Assembly (NCBI GenBank): GCA_041749915.1
Contig: JBGTAJ010000195.1
Location: 16,844 to 80,843 of the forward strand
From: Flavobacteriales bacterium
GTDB lineage: Bacteria > Bacteroidota > Bacteroidia > Flavobacteriales_F > PHOS-HE28
Length of the DNA stretch: 64,000 bases
Direction of reading: 5' to 3'
Position 1 is the first letter of the stretch. Each line of letters opens with the position of its first letter. A program made the translations under genes and the position numbers. This document shows positions 12,452 through 22,200 of the stretch, in pieces. Below the pieces are notes generated by a model. It made no database searches, was not told the origin of the DNA, and saw only the letters and a list, made by a program, of their open reading frames with translations.

Positions 12452-12459
12452 CAAATATA
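12452..12459 (-). promoter_or_regulatory. Candidate -7 box TATATTTG (minus strand), about 34 nt upstream of the DUF2795 start codon.
   Basis: A perfect match to the Bacteroidetes TAnnTTTG consensus. The extended context ctatatttgc recurs at three other 5' regions in this window. Confidence 0.4.
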
Positions 12460-12545
12460 GACGGATACCGATCGGCCGGGACGGGACTTATCAACCACCT
12501 GACGCACAGGGGTGCAACGACCCGGTGACCGGCCGGGGAACAGGT

Positions 12546-13097
12546 TCAGGCCTTGGGCAGCCAGGGCGTGTCGGCCACGCCATGCAGTTTGCCCAGGTGG
12601 CGGGCCAGCATGAACAACAGGTCCGACAGGCGGTTGAGGTACTGCACCACGATGTCCGGAAGTGGCTCGTGCGCGGCGAGCTGAACCACGCGCCGCTCCG
12701 CCCTGCGGCAAACGGTGCGCGCGATGTGGGCCTGCGATACCGTGGGATGGCCTCCGGGAAGGATGAAGTTGCGCATGGGCTCCAGCTCGGCGTCCATGGC
12801 ATCCATGGCCCGCTCCAAGGCCTCGATATCCGCGGCGGTGAGCATCGGCACATGGAAGCGGGCGGCCTCCTCCTCGCTGCTCGAGGCCAGGCGCGACCCG
12901 ATGGCGAACAGGTTGTTCTGGACCTCCACGATGAGCGCATGGTGGTGCGGTGCGGAAAGGTCGCGCAGCATGCCCAGATGGCTGTTCAGCTCGTCCACCG
13001 TGCCGTAGGCCTCGATGCGAAGATGGTCCTTGGGTACGCGGGCACCGCCCAGTAATCCTGTGGTGCCTGTGTCGCCGGTGCGGGTGTAGATCTTCAT
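12546..13097 (-). CDS. Cob(I)yrinic acid a,c-diamide adenosyltransferase, PduO type.
   Basis: It begins MKIYTRTGDTGTTGL... and is 183 aa long, consistent with a PduO N-terminal-domain ATP:cob(I)alamin adenosyltransferase. Confidence 0.85.
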   Translation of the reverse strand: MKIYTRTGDTGTTGLLGGARVPKDHLRIEAYGTVDELNSHLGMLRDLSAPHHHALIVEVQNNLFAIGSRLASSSEEEAARFHVPMLTAADIEALERAMDAMDAELEPMRNFILPGGHPTVSQAHIARTVCRRAERRVVQLAAHEPLPDIVVQYLNRLSDLLFMLARHLGKLHGVADTPWLPKA

Positions 13098-13172
13098 GAT
13101 GGATGGACCGGTCAGTACCGGACCGCAAGTAACGCCAGAACCAAGGACCTGTTCACTTTGCCGCGGAGCAGC

Positions 13173-13961
13173 TCAATAACGCAGCACGAAATGCTCCTTC
13201 GCCTGTTCGCTGCGCAGGAACACCAGGCCCATGTTGTACAGGTCGATGGTGACGGTGACCCGTGGATGGGCCTTCACCTGTTCCCACGCCTCCTCCATAC
13301 CCCGGCTCCAATGGATGTCGTCCAGGACGAGGACCGTGTCATTGTGGGCGCGCGTCAGGCACAGTTCCACATGCTCCAGCGTCGGTCCCTTGGCGTGATT
13401 TCCGTCGATGAAGGCCAGGTCAAGGCGCTCCATGCGGTGCAGCACTTCGGGCAGTCGCGTGCGGAAGCTGCCCAGCACGGGCTCGATGTTGCGCTGCCTG
13501 AGCTGTTCGAAGTGATGCTGCGCGATGCGGAAGGTCTGCGGACAACCCTCGATGGTGTGCACCTTGCCGTCCGCAGCGCCCCGGGCCAGATAGAGCGTGG
13601 TGATCCCGAACGAGGTGCCCAGTTCCAACACCGTGGACGCATTGAAATACCGCGCCAGCCGGAACAGGACCTGTGCCTGTCGGGGGCTCTTCAAGGCCGT
13701 TCGAGCGATGTCGGACACGTTCCGGGTGGGCAGGTCGAACACCCGTGAACCGGCGCCCAGGTCGTTCACGCGGATGGTCTGCTCACTGTGCAGCAGATCG
13801 TCGCGCAGCCGCTCCATGGCATCGAACTCCGGCAAGGCATCGCTTGGCCTGAGGACCTGGGAGATGAGCTCGTACACAAAGGGGCTGTGCACGCCGTGCC
13901 GGTTCCGGGCCTTCACCAGGTGGCCCAGGTAGCTACCGATCTGTCGCAATTGTTCGCCCAT
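13173..13961 (-). CDS. Class I SAM-dependent O-methyltransferase (family 3 / caffeoyl-CoA OMT-like).
   Basis: A SAM-binding motif VLELGTSFGITTLY sits in a Methyltransf_24-like layout. The start at 13961 (MGEQLRQ) avoids overlap with ccoI; the ORF extends to 14069. A possible -7 box lies on the minus strand at 13978-13985 (plus-strand CAAAAGTA). Confidence 0.7.
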   Translation of the reverse strand: MGEQLRQIGSYLGHLVKARNRHGVHSPFVYELISQVLRPSDALPEFDAMERLRDDLLHSEQTIRVNDLGAGSRVFDLPTRNVSDIARTALKSPRQAQVLFRLARYFNASTVLELGTSFGITTLYLARGAADGKVHTIEGCPQTFRIAQHHFEQLRQRNIEPVLGSFRTRLPEVLHRMERLDLAFIDGNHAKGPTLEHVELCLTRAHNDTVLVLDDIHWSRGMEEAWEQVKAHPRVTVTIDLYNMGLVFLRSEQAKEHFVLRY

Positions 13962-14040
13962 GGTTACCAACGGAGGGCAAAAGTAGCGGACCCGGAAGCT
14001 GGCGAGGGCCCGTGCTTTCACTGCCGACGTCAACAGCCTG

Positions 14041-16494
14041 ATGTTCGTCATGTCCGGCCTGCGCGGCACCGATGACTTTTGTCACGTGGAAAAAGTCGTC
14101 GCACAGAAGGTGCCCTGCTACCATTGCGGGGACAGTTGCAAGGAGGATCACCTGAAGTTCGATGGCCGTGATTTCTGCTGCCAGGGTTGCAAGGCGGTCT
14201 ACGGGCTGTTGCAGGAAAGCGGCCTGTGCGACTACTACGAACTGGCCGACCAGCCCGGCGTGAAGGAACAGCGGGACAGCACCGAACTGCGCCCCGAACT
14301 GTTCGAACTGCCCGAGGTGCGGGATAAACTGGTGGAGTACAGCGAGGACGGCATCACCCGCGTGAGCCTCACGATCCCCCAGATGCACTGCAGCAGTTGC
14401 ATCTGGCTGCTGGAGAACCTGCAGCGCGTGGAGCCCGCCATCATCCGTTCGCGTGTGCGCTTCTCGGAGAAGGAGCTGAGCATCACCTTCCGCGAGGAGC
14501 AGTTCGGGCTGCGTGCCCTGGTGGAACTGCTGCGGCGCATCGGTTACGCGCCGCTGCTGAACACGGACAAGGACAAGAAGGCCCGGCGCGGTCCGGGTGT
14601 GCCACGCATCCTCTATGTCAAGCTGGGTATCGCGGCGTTCGCGTTCGGCAACATCATGCTGTTCAGCTTTCCCGAATACCTCGGGGCCGATGGCAGCGAT
14701 GCCATGCTGCTGAAGGGCTTCCAGTACCTGAGCCTCGCCTTCTCGATCCCGGTGCTGCTCTTCTCCAGCACGGATTTCTTCACCTCTGCCTGGGCCGGCA
14801 TCCGGGCGCGGCAGGTGAACATCGATCAGCCCATCGCCCTGGGCATCCTGGCCCTGTTCCTGCGCAGCACCTTCGATGTGATCCTGGATATCGGGCCCGG
14901 TTATTTCGACTCATTGGCCGGACTGGTGTTCTTCCTGTTGGTGGGCCGATGGTACCAGGCCTACACCTACCAGGCCTTGAGCTTCGACCGCACCCTGAGC
15001 GATTTCCTGCCGCTGGTGGTGCTGCGCAGAACGGTCTCCGGAGAGGAGGCGGTGAGCGTTGGCGAACTGAAGGAAGGTGACCGCATCGTGGTGCGTGACC
15101 AGGAACTGATCCCCGTGGACAGCCTGCTGCGCGAGGGCATCGGCAACATCGATAACAGCTTCATCACCGGCGAACCCCTGCCGGTGCGCCGTGCCATCGG
15201 GGACACCATCCGCGCCGGCGGTCGGCAGCGCGGTGCTGCGATCGAGCTGGAGGTATTGCGCCCTTTCCAACAAAGCCACCTCAAGAAGTTGTGGGAGGAG
15301 CACTCCGGCGGTGCCGGTCAGCAACGCCCCGTGATGCCCCGCATGATCGATGCCGTGGCACGACGCTTCACCCTCGCGGTGATCCTGGTCTCCGTGTTCG
15401 CCGGCATATACTGGGCTGGCCGGGATGCATCGATGGTCTGGCCGGTGGTCACCGCCGTGCTCATCGTGGCCTGCCCCTGCGCGCTGGCCCTGAGCATGCC
15501 GTTCACCTATGGGCACACCATGCGCCTGCTGGGCCGGCGAGGCGTGTTCCTGCGCGATGCCGAAGTGGTGGAGCGCATGGCCCACGTGGATGCCGTGGTG
15601 TTCGACAAGACGGGCACGCTGACCGCCCGCGAGGCCTATGAGCTCCGTTTTGTGGGAGTGCCACTGACACCGATCGAGGAGCAGCGTGTGCGCTCCCTGG
15701 CGCGGAACAGCGCACACCCCTTGAGCGCTGTGCTCTACAATGGTTCGAAGGCGGAGATCGCGGATGCCATCGAGGTGGAGGAGACCGCAGGACAGGGCAT
15801 TGAAGGAACGGTGCATGGCTTGCGTGTCCGGATCGGTTCGCATCTGTTCACCGGTGGTGCTGCGGGCGCGGTGGAGCAGGGTGAGGCACAGGTGCATGTC
15901 TCCATCGCGGGCCTCCACCGCGGTTTTTTTGCCGTGCGCAAGCGTGCCCGATCCGGCATGGCCGCGGCGGTGAAAGGCATAGAGGGGCAGGCCGCCACCT
16001 TCCTCCTGACCGGCGACTCCAATGTGGACGCCGATGTGGCCCACGCGTTCCGGGCGGGGAACATGCACACGGCCTGCACCCCCACGGATAAATCCGCCTT
16101 CGTGAAACGACTGCAGGGGGAGGGCCACCGCGTGATGATGGTGGGCGACGGGCTGAACGATGCCGGCGCCCTTGCCCAGAGCGATGTGGGCATGACCGTG
16201 AGCGAATCCAGTGCCGCCCTGACCCCCGCCAGCGATGCGATCCTGGATGCACGCAGCCTCGATCACCTGCCGCTCGCCCTGCAGCTCACCCGCAAGGCAC
16301 GACGCATCGTGATGGCCTCGCTGGTCCTTTCACTGATGTACAATGTGACCGGTGTCTCCTTCGCCGTGGCCGGAAAGCTGACGCCGCTCATCGCGGCGGT
16401 CCTGATGCCCCTGAGCTCGGTCACAGTGGTGGGCTTTGTCACATTGGCCACCATGTGGAGCGCTCACCGACTGTGGAAAGGGAATCCAAGCTGA
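14041..16494 (+). CDS. ccoI: Heavy-metal (copper) translocating P-type ATPase of the cbb3 maturation type (CcoI/FixI).
   Basis: An N-terminal CxxC-rich metal-binding region (CYHCGDSC ... CCQGC) is followed by the CPC motif in the transmembrane domain, DKTGTLT phosphorylation site and GDGLND hinge. It sits at the head of the cco locus. Confidence 0.9.
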   Translation: MFVMSGLRGTDDFCHVEKVVAQKVPCYHCGDSCKEDHLKFDGRDFCCQGCKAVYGLLQESGLCDYYELADQPGVKEQRDSTELRPELFELPEVRDKLVEYSEDGITRVSLTIPQMHCSSCIWLLENLQRVEPAIIRSRVRFSEKELSITFREEQFGLRALVELLRRIGYAPLLNTDKDKKARRGPGVPRILYVKLGIAAFAFGNIMLFSFPEYLGADGSDAMLLKGFQYLSLAFSIPVLLFSSTDFFTSAWAGIRARQVNIDQPIALGILALFLRSTFDVILDIGPGYFDSLAGLVFFLLVGRWYQAYTYQALSFDRTLSDFLPLVVLRRTVSGEEAVSVGELKEGDRIVVRDQELIPVDSLLREGIGNIDNSFITGEPLPVRRAIGDTIRAGGRQRGAAIELEVLRPFQQSHLKKLWEEHSGGAGQQRPVMPRMIDAVARRFTLAVILVSVFAGIYWAGRDASMVWPVVTAVLIVACPCALALSMPFTYGHTMRLLGRRGVFLRDAEVVERMAHVDAVVFDKTGTLTAREAYELRFVGVPLTPIEEQRVRSLARNSAHPLSAVLYNGSKAEIADAIEVEETAGQGIEGTVHGLRVRIGSHLFTGGAAGAVEQGEAQVHVSIAGLHRGFFAVRKRARSGMAAAVKGIEGQAATFLLTGDSNVDADVAHAFRAGNMHTACTPTDKSAFVKRLQGEGHRVMMVGDGLNDAGALAQSDVGMTVSESSAALTPASDAILDARSLDHLPLALQLTRKARRIVMASLVLSLMYNVTGVSFAVAGKLTPLIAAVLMPLSSVTVVGFVTLATMWSAHRLWKGNPS

Positions 16495-16578
16495 CGAATG
16501 TCATCTCCGTTCCTGAGAAGGATCATGCGCACGCCGAAGCACTAACGGCACATTTGGTCCGCGAAAGCAGATGGTCAT

Positions 16579-16764
16579 ATGAACGTCATTTTTCTCCTCA
16601 TCGCCGCCAGCACCTTGGTCGCTGTGATCTTCCTGGCCGCCTTCACCTGGGCGGTGCGGAGCGGTCAGTTCGAGGATGATCGTTCACCCGCCGTCCGCAT
16701 CCTCGGCGATCACAAGCCGACCATCACCAAGACCAACGCCACGACCACCAAACCCAACGCTTGA
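16579..16764 (+). CDS. ccoS: cbb3-type cytochrome oxidase assembly protein CcoS/FixS.
   Basis: A 61-aa protein with a single transmembrane helix (MNVIFLLIAASTLVAVIFLAAFTWAVRSGQFEDD), lying between ccoI and ccoN. Confidence 0.7.
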   Translation: MNVIFLLIAASTLVAVIFLAAFTWAVRSGQFEDDRSPAVRILGDHKPTITKTNATTTKPNA

Positions 16765-16768
16765 CGCG

Positions 16769-18949
16769 ATGATCGAACGTTTTCAATATGACAACAAGAT
16801 CGTAAAGGCCTTCATGATGGCCACGATCGTTTTTGGCATCGTCGGTATGCTCGTCGGATTCATCGTCGCCGTGGAACTGGTGGCGCAAGGGACCACGACC
16901 GATGCCTGGTACTACTGGCTCGTCCGCCCCTTCACGTGGATGAACGAACAGGAGTGGCTCTCCTTCGGTCGCTTGCGTCCGCTGCACACCAACGCGATCA
17001 TCTTCGCCTTCGTGGGCAACGGCATGTTCGCTGGTATCTATTACAGCCTGCAGCGCCTGTTGAAGGCCCGGATGTTCAACGATGGCCTCAGCTGGCTCCA
17101 CTTCTGGGGTTGGCAGTTGATCATCGTGGCCGCCGCGATCACCCTGCCCTTGGGGATCACCACCAGCAAGGAGTACGCTGAGCTGGAATGGCCGATCGAC
17201 ATCGCCATCACCCTGATCTGGGTGGTGTTCGGCATCAACATGTTCGGCACCATCCTGAAGCGCCGCGAACGTCACCTCTATGTGGCCATCTGGTTCTACA
17301 TCGCCACCTGGGTCACGGTGGCCATGCTCCACATCGTGAACTCCATGGCGATGCCGGTGAGCCTGTTCAAGAGCTACAGCATGTACGCCGGCGTGCAGGA
17401 TGCCTTGGTGCAGTGGTGGTATGGGCACAATGCGGTGGCCTTCTTCCTCACCACACCCTACCTGGGCCTGATGTACTACTTCATGCCGAAGGCGGCCAAC
17501 CGCCCGGTGTACAGCTACAAGCTCTCCATCATCCACTTCTGGGCGCTGATCTTCATCTACATCTGGGCCGGTCCCCACCACCTGCTGTACAGCTCTCTTC
17601 CGGATTGGGCGCAGAGCCTGGGCACGGTGTTCAGCATCATGCTCATCGCACCGAGCTGGGGCGGTATGTTGAACGGCTTGCTCACCCTGCGCGGTGCCTG
17701 GGACCGTGTCCGCGAAGAGCCCGTGCTGAAGTTCATGGTGGTGGCCATCACCGCCTATGGCATGTCCACACTGGAAGGCCCCTTGTTGAGCACCAAGTTC
17801 CTCAACAGTATCAGCCACTTCACGGACTGGACCATCGCCCACGTGCACGTCGGCGGCCTGGGCTGGAACGGCTTCCTCACCTTCGGGATGATCTACTGGC
17901 TGGTGCCGCGCATGTGGGGCACGAAGCTCTACAGCAAGAGCCTCGCCAACGCCCACTTCTGGATCGGCACGCTGGGCATCGTGTTCTACGCGATCCCCCT
18001 CTACTTCGCGGGCTTCACGCAGAGCCTCATGTGGAAGCAGTTCACCCCGGACGGCTACCTCGTGTACAAGAACTTCCTGGACACCGTGCTGCAGATCAAG
18101 TATGCCTACTGGATGCGCAGCCTCGGCGGTCTGCTCTTCCTGTCCGGTGCGCTGATCATGGTCTACAACGTGTGGAAGACCATTGCCAGCGGCAAGCTCA
18201 TCGCCAACGAGGACGCCGAAGCTCCAGCGTTGGAGAAGAACTATGTGGGTGAGAGCAGCGGTCACTGGCACCGTTGGATCGAGCGCCGCCCCATCCAGAT
18301 GTTGGTGGTCAGCTTGGTACTGGTGGCGGCCGGTGGTATCATCGAGATCATTCCCACCTTCCTCATCGAGAGCAACGTGCCCACCATCACGCAGGTGAAG
18401 CCCTACACACCACTGGAACTGCACGGCCGCGACATCTACGTCATGGAAGGCTGCTACACCTGTCACTCGCAGATGGTGCGTCCCTTCCGCAGTGAGACGG
18501 AGCGATACGGTGAGTACAGCAAGGCCGGTGAGTTCATCTATGATCACCCGTTCCAGTGGGGCAGCAAACGCACCGGACCCGATCTGCACCGTGTGGGAGG
18601 CAAGTACCCGGACAGCTGGCACTACTACCACATGTTCGACCCCACCAGCATGAACGCGGGTTCGCTGATGCCGCCCTACGCCCACATGTACGAGAACCTG
18701 ATCGACAAGGAGATGATCCCGGCGAAGATCCGTGCCATGCAAGGCTTGGGCGTCCCCTATCCCGAAGGCTTCGATCAGCAGGCCGTGGCGGACCTGGAGG
18801 CACAGGCGGCGAAGATCGTCGCCAACCTGAAGAAGGATGGTATCGAGGCCAGTCCCGATGTGGACATCATCGCGCTCATCGCTTACCTGCAGCGCCTGGG
18901 AACGGACATCAAACAACAGCCGGCCACACAGGTGGTGCAGGCGCAATAG
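16769..18949 (+). CDS. ccoNO: cbb3-type cytochrome c oxidase, fused subunits I and II (CcoN-CcoO).
   Basis: A heme-copper oxidase family transmembrane domain precedes a C-terminal mono-heme c domain (CYTCHSQMVRPF). Fusion of ccoN and ccoO is typical of Bacteroidota. Confidence 0.95.
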   Translation: MIERFQYDNKIVKAFMMATIVFGIVGMLVGFIVAVELVAQGTTTDAWYYWLVRPFTWMNEQEWLSFGRLRPLHTNAIIFAFVGNGMFAGIYYSLQRLLKARMFNDGLSWLHFWGWQLIIVAAAITLPLGITTSKEYAELEWPIDIAITLIWVVFGINMFGTILKRRERHLYVAIWFYIATWVTVAMLHIVNSMAMPVSLFKSYSMYAGVQDALVQWWYGHNAVAFFLTTPYLGLMYYFMPKAANRPVYSYKLSIIHFWALIFIYIWAGPHHLLYSSLPDWAQSLGTVFSIMLIAPSWGGMLNGLLTLRGAWDRVREEPVLKFMVVAITAYGMSTLEGPLLSTKFLNSISHFTDWTIAHVHVGGLGWNGFLTFGMIYWLVPRMWGTKLYSKSLANAHFWIGTLGIVFYAIPLYFAGFTQSLMWKQFTPDGYLVYKNFLDTVLQIKYAYWMRSLGGLLFLSGALIMVYNVWKTIASGKLIANEDAEAPALEKNYVGESSGHWHRWIERRPIQMLVVSLVLVAAGGIIEIIPTFLIESNVPTITQVKPYTPLELHGRDIYVMEGCYTCHSQMVRPFRSETERYGEYSKAGEFIYDHPFQWGSKRTGPDLHRVGGKYPDSWHYYHMFDPTSMNAGSLMPPYAHMYENLIDKEMIPAKIRAMQGLGVPYPEGFDQQAVADLEAQAAKIVANLKKDGIEASPDVDIIALIAYLQRLGTDIKQQPATQVVQAQ

Positions 18950-18959
18950 CACACCGGCC

Positions 18960-19139
18960 ATGCTGAAGTTCATCAAGCACCATATGACGTCGATCAACGA
19001 CATCGGCATCTATCCGGTCGCAGCCTTCGTGCTCTTCATGGGGATCTTCATCGTGGCCTCCTGGTACATCTTGACAACGGACCGCAGCCGCCTGCAGCAC
19101 ATGGAGCAGTTGCCCTTCTCCGATAACGAACAAGCCTGA
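18960..19139 (+). CDS. Small single-transmembrane protein, CcoQ/FixQ-like (cbb3 subunit).
   Basis: It reads MLKFIKHHMTSINDIGIYPVAAFVLFMGIFIVASWYIL... and lies 10 nt after the ccoNO stop and before ccoP. Confidence 0.5.
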   Translation: MLKFIKHHMTSINDIGIYPVAAFVLFMGIFIVASWYILTTDRSRLQHMEQLPFSDNEQA

Positions 19140-19157
19140 ACGCACATCCGAACCATC

Positions 19158-20330
19158 ATGCGTCTACGGAACATCCTTCCCCTCGCACTTCTTCTTCTCG
19201 GCGGCCTTGCAGCACTCCCTGTCTCTGCACAGGAAGTACCCGCCACCACGGTCGCGGCGTCCAACGGGCTCATGGGGAACCCGTCGATGGAGACCAATTA
19301 CATCCTGCTCGCCATGGCCGTGCTGCAGGTGATCATCATCCTCACCCTTTCCGGGATCATGAGGACCCTGGGTTCCTCGGGAACACTTTGGGCCGACTAC
19401 CTCAAAGGCCGCAAAGCTTCCATGGTGCTTGTCCTGTTGTTCGCGGCCGGTGCCACGGATGCCAGTGCGGCGGTCCCCGGGGTGGCCATGATCACCACAC
19501 AGACCCTGCTCTACTGGCTGATCTCCGCCAACATCCTCTTCTTCGTGATCATCGTTTCACAACTGACGGTGGTGCGTGGCATGGTGAAGGCGCTGAGCGG
19601 CAAGGAAGCGGAAGAGGCCGCGAAGGTGGAGGCAGGCCCGTCGTTCGCGGACAGCATCCTGAACAAACTGACCCGCACCGTGGAAGTGGAGAAGGAGGAG
19701 GATATCCTCATGCACCACGAGTACGACGGCATCCGGGAGTTGGACAATGTGCTCCCGCCCTGGTGGCTGTGGCTGTTCTACGGTACCATCATCTGGTCCG
19801 TCGTCTACATCTTCAATGTGCACATCTCCGGCACGTGGTTGCATCAAGCCGATGAGTACGAACTGGAAATGGCACAGGCCAAGGCCGAGGTTGAGGCCTA
19901 CCTCGCAAAGGCAGCAGCAGCGGTGGATGAGAACACCGTCACCGTGATGACGGATGCCTCGGCGTTGGCTGCGGGCAAGAACACCTTCGTGACCTACTGC
20001 AAGGCCTGCCATGGCGAGAACGGGGAAGGCAATGCCGTCGGCCCCAACCTGACGGATGCCTATTGGATCCACGGTGGTGGTGTCAAGGATGTTTTCACCA
20101 CGATAAAGTACGGAGTGGTGGAGAAGGGTATGCAGAGCTGGAAGAAGGACCTGAAGCCCACCGAAATGCAGCAGGTGGCGAGTTACATACTCTCCCTGCA
20201 AGGCACGAACCCCGCGAACGCCAAAGCCCCGCAAGGAGAGCTTTGGAAACCGACAGAAGGTGCGGCTCCGTCGGACAGTACCGCGGTCGCCCAGCCTTCG
20301 GATAGTGCGGCCGTGGCGGTCGCACAGTGA
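19158..20330 (+). CDS. ccoP: cbb3-type cytochrome c oxidase subunit III (CcoP), mono-heme form.
   Basis: The FixP N-terminal signature HEYDGIRELDNVLPPWW is present with one CxxCH site (CKACHGENGEG). Confidence 0.85.
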   Translation: MRLRNILPLALLLLGGLAALPVSAQEVPATTVAASNGLMGNPSMETNYILLAMAVLQVIIILTLSGIMRTLGSSGTLWADYLKGRKASMVLVLLFAAGATDASAAVPGVAMITTQTLLYWLISANILFFVIIVSQLTVVRGMVKALSGKEAEEAAKVEAGPSFADSILNKLTRTVEVEKEEDILMHHEYDGIRELDNVLPPWWLWLFYGTIIWSVVYIFNVHISGTWLHQADEYELEMAQAKAEVEAYLAKAAAAVDENTVTVMTDASALAAGKNTFVTYCKACHGENGEGNAVGPNLTDAYWIHGGGVKDVFTTIKYGVVEKGMQSWKKDLKPTEMQQVASYILSLQGTNPANAKAPQGELWKPTEGAAPSDSTAVAQPSDSAAVAVAQ

Positions 20331-20332
20331 AC

Positions 20333-21760
20333 ATGAGCGAAGAACGGACGAACGGCACACCACGCGACGAGAGCTTTCGGGACTCGATCGCCACTGTGGA
20401 TAAGCGGGGTAAACGGGTCTGGATATACCCCAAGAAGCCCGCGGGGAAGTGGTTCAACAAGCGCGCACTGCTGGGCTATGCCCTCCTGGTCGTTCTCTTT
20501 GCGGGCCCGTTCATCCGCATCGCCGGAGAGCCCTTGCTGCAGATCGATGTGCTCGAGCGGCGCTTCGTGATCTTCGGGCAGACCTTCTGGCCGCAGGATA
20601 TACACCTGTTCGTCCTGGCGTTCATCACGGGCGTCATCTTCATCGCCCTGTTCACGGTGGCCTTCGGTCGTCTGTTCTGTGGCTGGGTCTGTCCGCAGAC
20701 CATCTTCATGGAACTTGTTTACCGGCGCATCGAGTATTGGATCGAGGGTGATTGGAAGCAACAACAGGCGCTGAACAAGGCACCTTGGTCGGCACACAAG
20801 CTGGGGAAGAAGACCGCGAAGCACCTGCTTTTCTTTGGGGTGGCGTTCCTGATCGGGAATACCTTCCTCGCTTACATCATCGGCAGCGACCGCCTGATCG
20901 ACATCATCACCTCGCCGCCCATGGAGCATCTGGGCGGATTCCTGGCGATGCTCGGCTTTTCGTTCCTGTTCTATGGGGTCTTCGCTTTTCTGCGTGAACA
21001 GGTCTGCACCACCATGTGTCCCTACGGCCGGCTGCAGGGTGTGTTGCTGGACCGGCAGAGCCTGGTGGTCGCGTACGATCATGTGAGGGGTGAGGAGCGG
21101 GGCAAGTTCCGCAAAGGCGAGGACCGTGCGAGCGCCAGCAAGGGCGATTGCATTGATTGCAAGGCCTGTGTGCATGTGTGCCCAACGGGTATCGACATCC
21201 GCAACGGGACCCAGTTGGAATGCGTGAACTGCACCGCCTGCATCGACGCCTGCAACCACATGATGGAGAGCGTGGACCTGCCCAAGGGTCTGATCCGCTT
21301 TGCCAGTGAGGACGAGATCACGGAAAAGAAGCCCTGGCGGTTCACTACCCGGATGAAGGCCTATTCCGCTGTATTGACGGTCCTGATCGGCGTCATCATC
21401 GCGCTCATCGTCATGCGCAGCGATGTGGAGGCCACCGTGCTGCGAACACCGGGCATGTTGTTCCAGGAGCAGGAGGACGGGCGCATCAGCAATCTCTATA
21501 ACTTCAAGGTCGTCAACAAGACCTCACGGGAGATGCCGCTGCGTTTCGAACTGATCGGTACACCTGGAGAGATCCGACTAGTGGGCAAGGAGGTGAACCT
21601 GGAGAAGGCCTCACTGGCACAGGGAGCCCTGTTCATCCTGCTCGATCACAAGGAACTGCGCGGCACCAAGACCAAGCTCACCATCGGTGTCTACTCCGGC
21701 GATCGACTGATCGAAGAAGTGAGCACCTCATTCGTCGGACCCATACGCACCGCATCATGA
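20333..21760 (+). CDS. ccoG: Cytochrome c oxidase accessory protein CcoG/FixG (4Fe-4S ferredoxin-type).
   Basis: An N-terminal transmembrane region precedes cysteine clusters CIDCKACVHVCP and CVNCTACIDAC. A GTG at 20327 is an alternative start. Confidence 0.9.
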   Translation: MSEERTNGTPRDESFRDSIATVDKRGKRVWIYPKKPAGKWFNKRALLGYALLVVLFAGPFIRIAGEPLLQIDVLERRFVIFGQTFWPQDIHLFVLAFITGVIFIALFTVAFGRLFCGWVCPQTIFMELVYRRIEYWIEGDWKQQQALNKAPWSAHKLGKKTAKHLLFFGVAFLIGNTFLAYIIGSDRLIDIITSPPMEHLGGFLAMLGFSFLFYGVFAFLREQVCTTMCPYGRLQGVLLDRQSLVVAYDHVRGEERGKFRKGEDRASASKGDCIDCKACVHVCPTGIDIRNGTQLECVNCTACIDACNHMMESVDLPKGLIRFASEDEITEKKPWRFTTRMKAYSAVLTVLIGVIIALIVMRSDVEATVLRTPGMLFQEQEDGRISNLYNFKVVNKTSREMPLRFELIGTPGEIRLVGKEVNLEKASLAQGALFILLDHKELRGTKTKLTIGVYSGDRLIEEVSTSFVGPIRTAS

Positions 21761-22200
21761 AATTCACTTGGGGCAACGCCATCTTTCTGGTCATGACGGC
21801 CTTCATCCTGCTGATGACCTCCTTCATGATCCGCGCGGCCAGCAACCAGGAGGAGCTGGTGGCGGAGAACTACTACGAACAGGAGGTCAAGTACCAAGAG
21901 CAGATCGACAAGCTGAACAACACGGGCTCACTTTCCGTCAATGTGCTCATGGAGATCGTGGGTACTGAACTGGTCATCACCTTTCCGGCCGAAGTGAAGG
22001 GGATGGCCCTGTCGGGTGAACTGTATCTGCAGCGGCCTTCGGATTCCCGCGCCGATGCGCGCATCCCTGTGCGCGTGGACGCCAATGGTCGGATGACCGT
22101 GCCCGTCGATCAACGCCTCAAGGGTGCCTACAACGCGCTGCTGGAGTGGAAGGCGGGCGAGAATGAGTACCTGAGCCGGGACCGCATCCACGTGCCATGA
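21757..22200 (+). CDS. ccoH: FixH/CcoH family protein.
   Basis: A 147-aa protein with an N-terminal transmembrane helix and a FixH-like beta domain. It overlaps ccoG by 4 nt. Confidence 0.75.
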   Translation: MKFTWGNAIFLVMTAFILLMTSFMIRAASNQEELVAENYYEQEVKYQEQIDKLNNTGSLSVNVLMEIVGTELVITFPAEVKGMALSGELYLQRPSDSRADARIPVRVDANGRMTVPVDQRLKGAYNALLEWKAGENEYLSRDRIHVP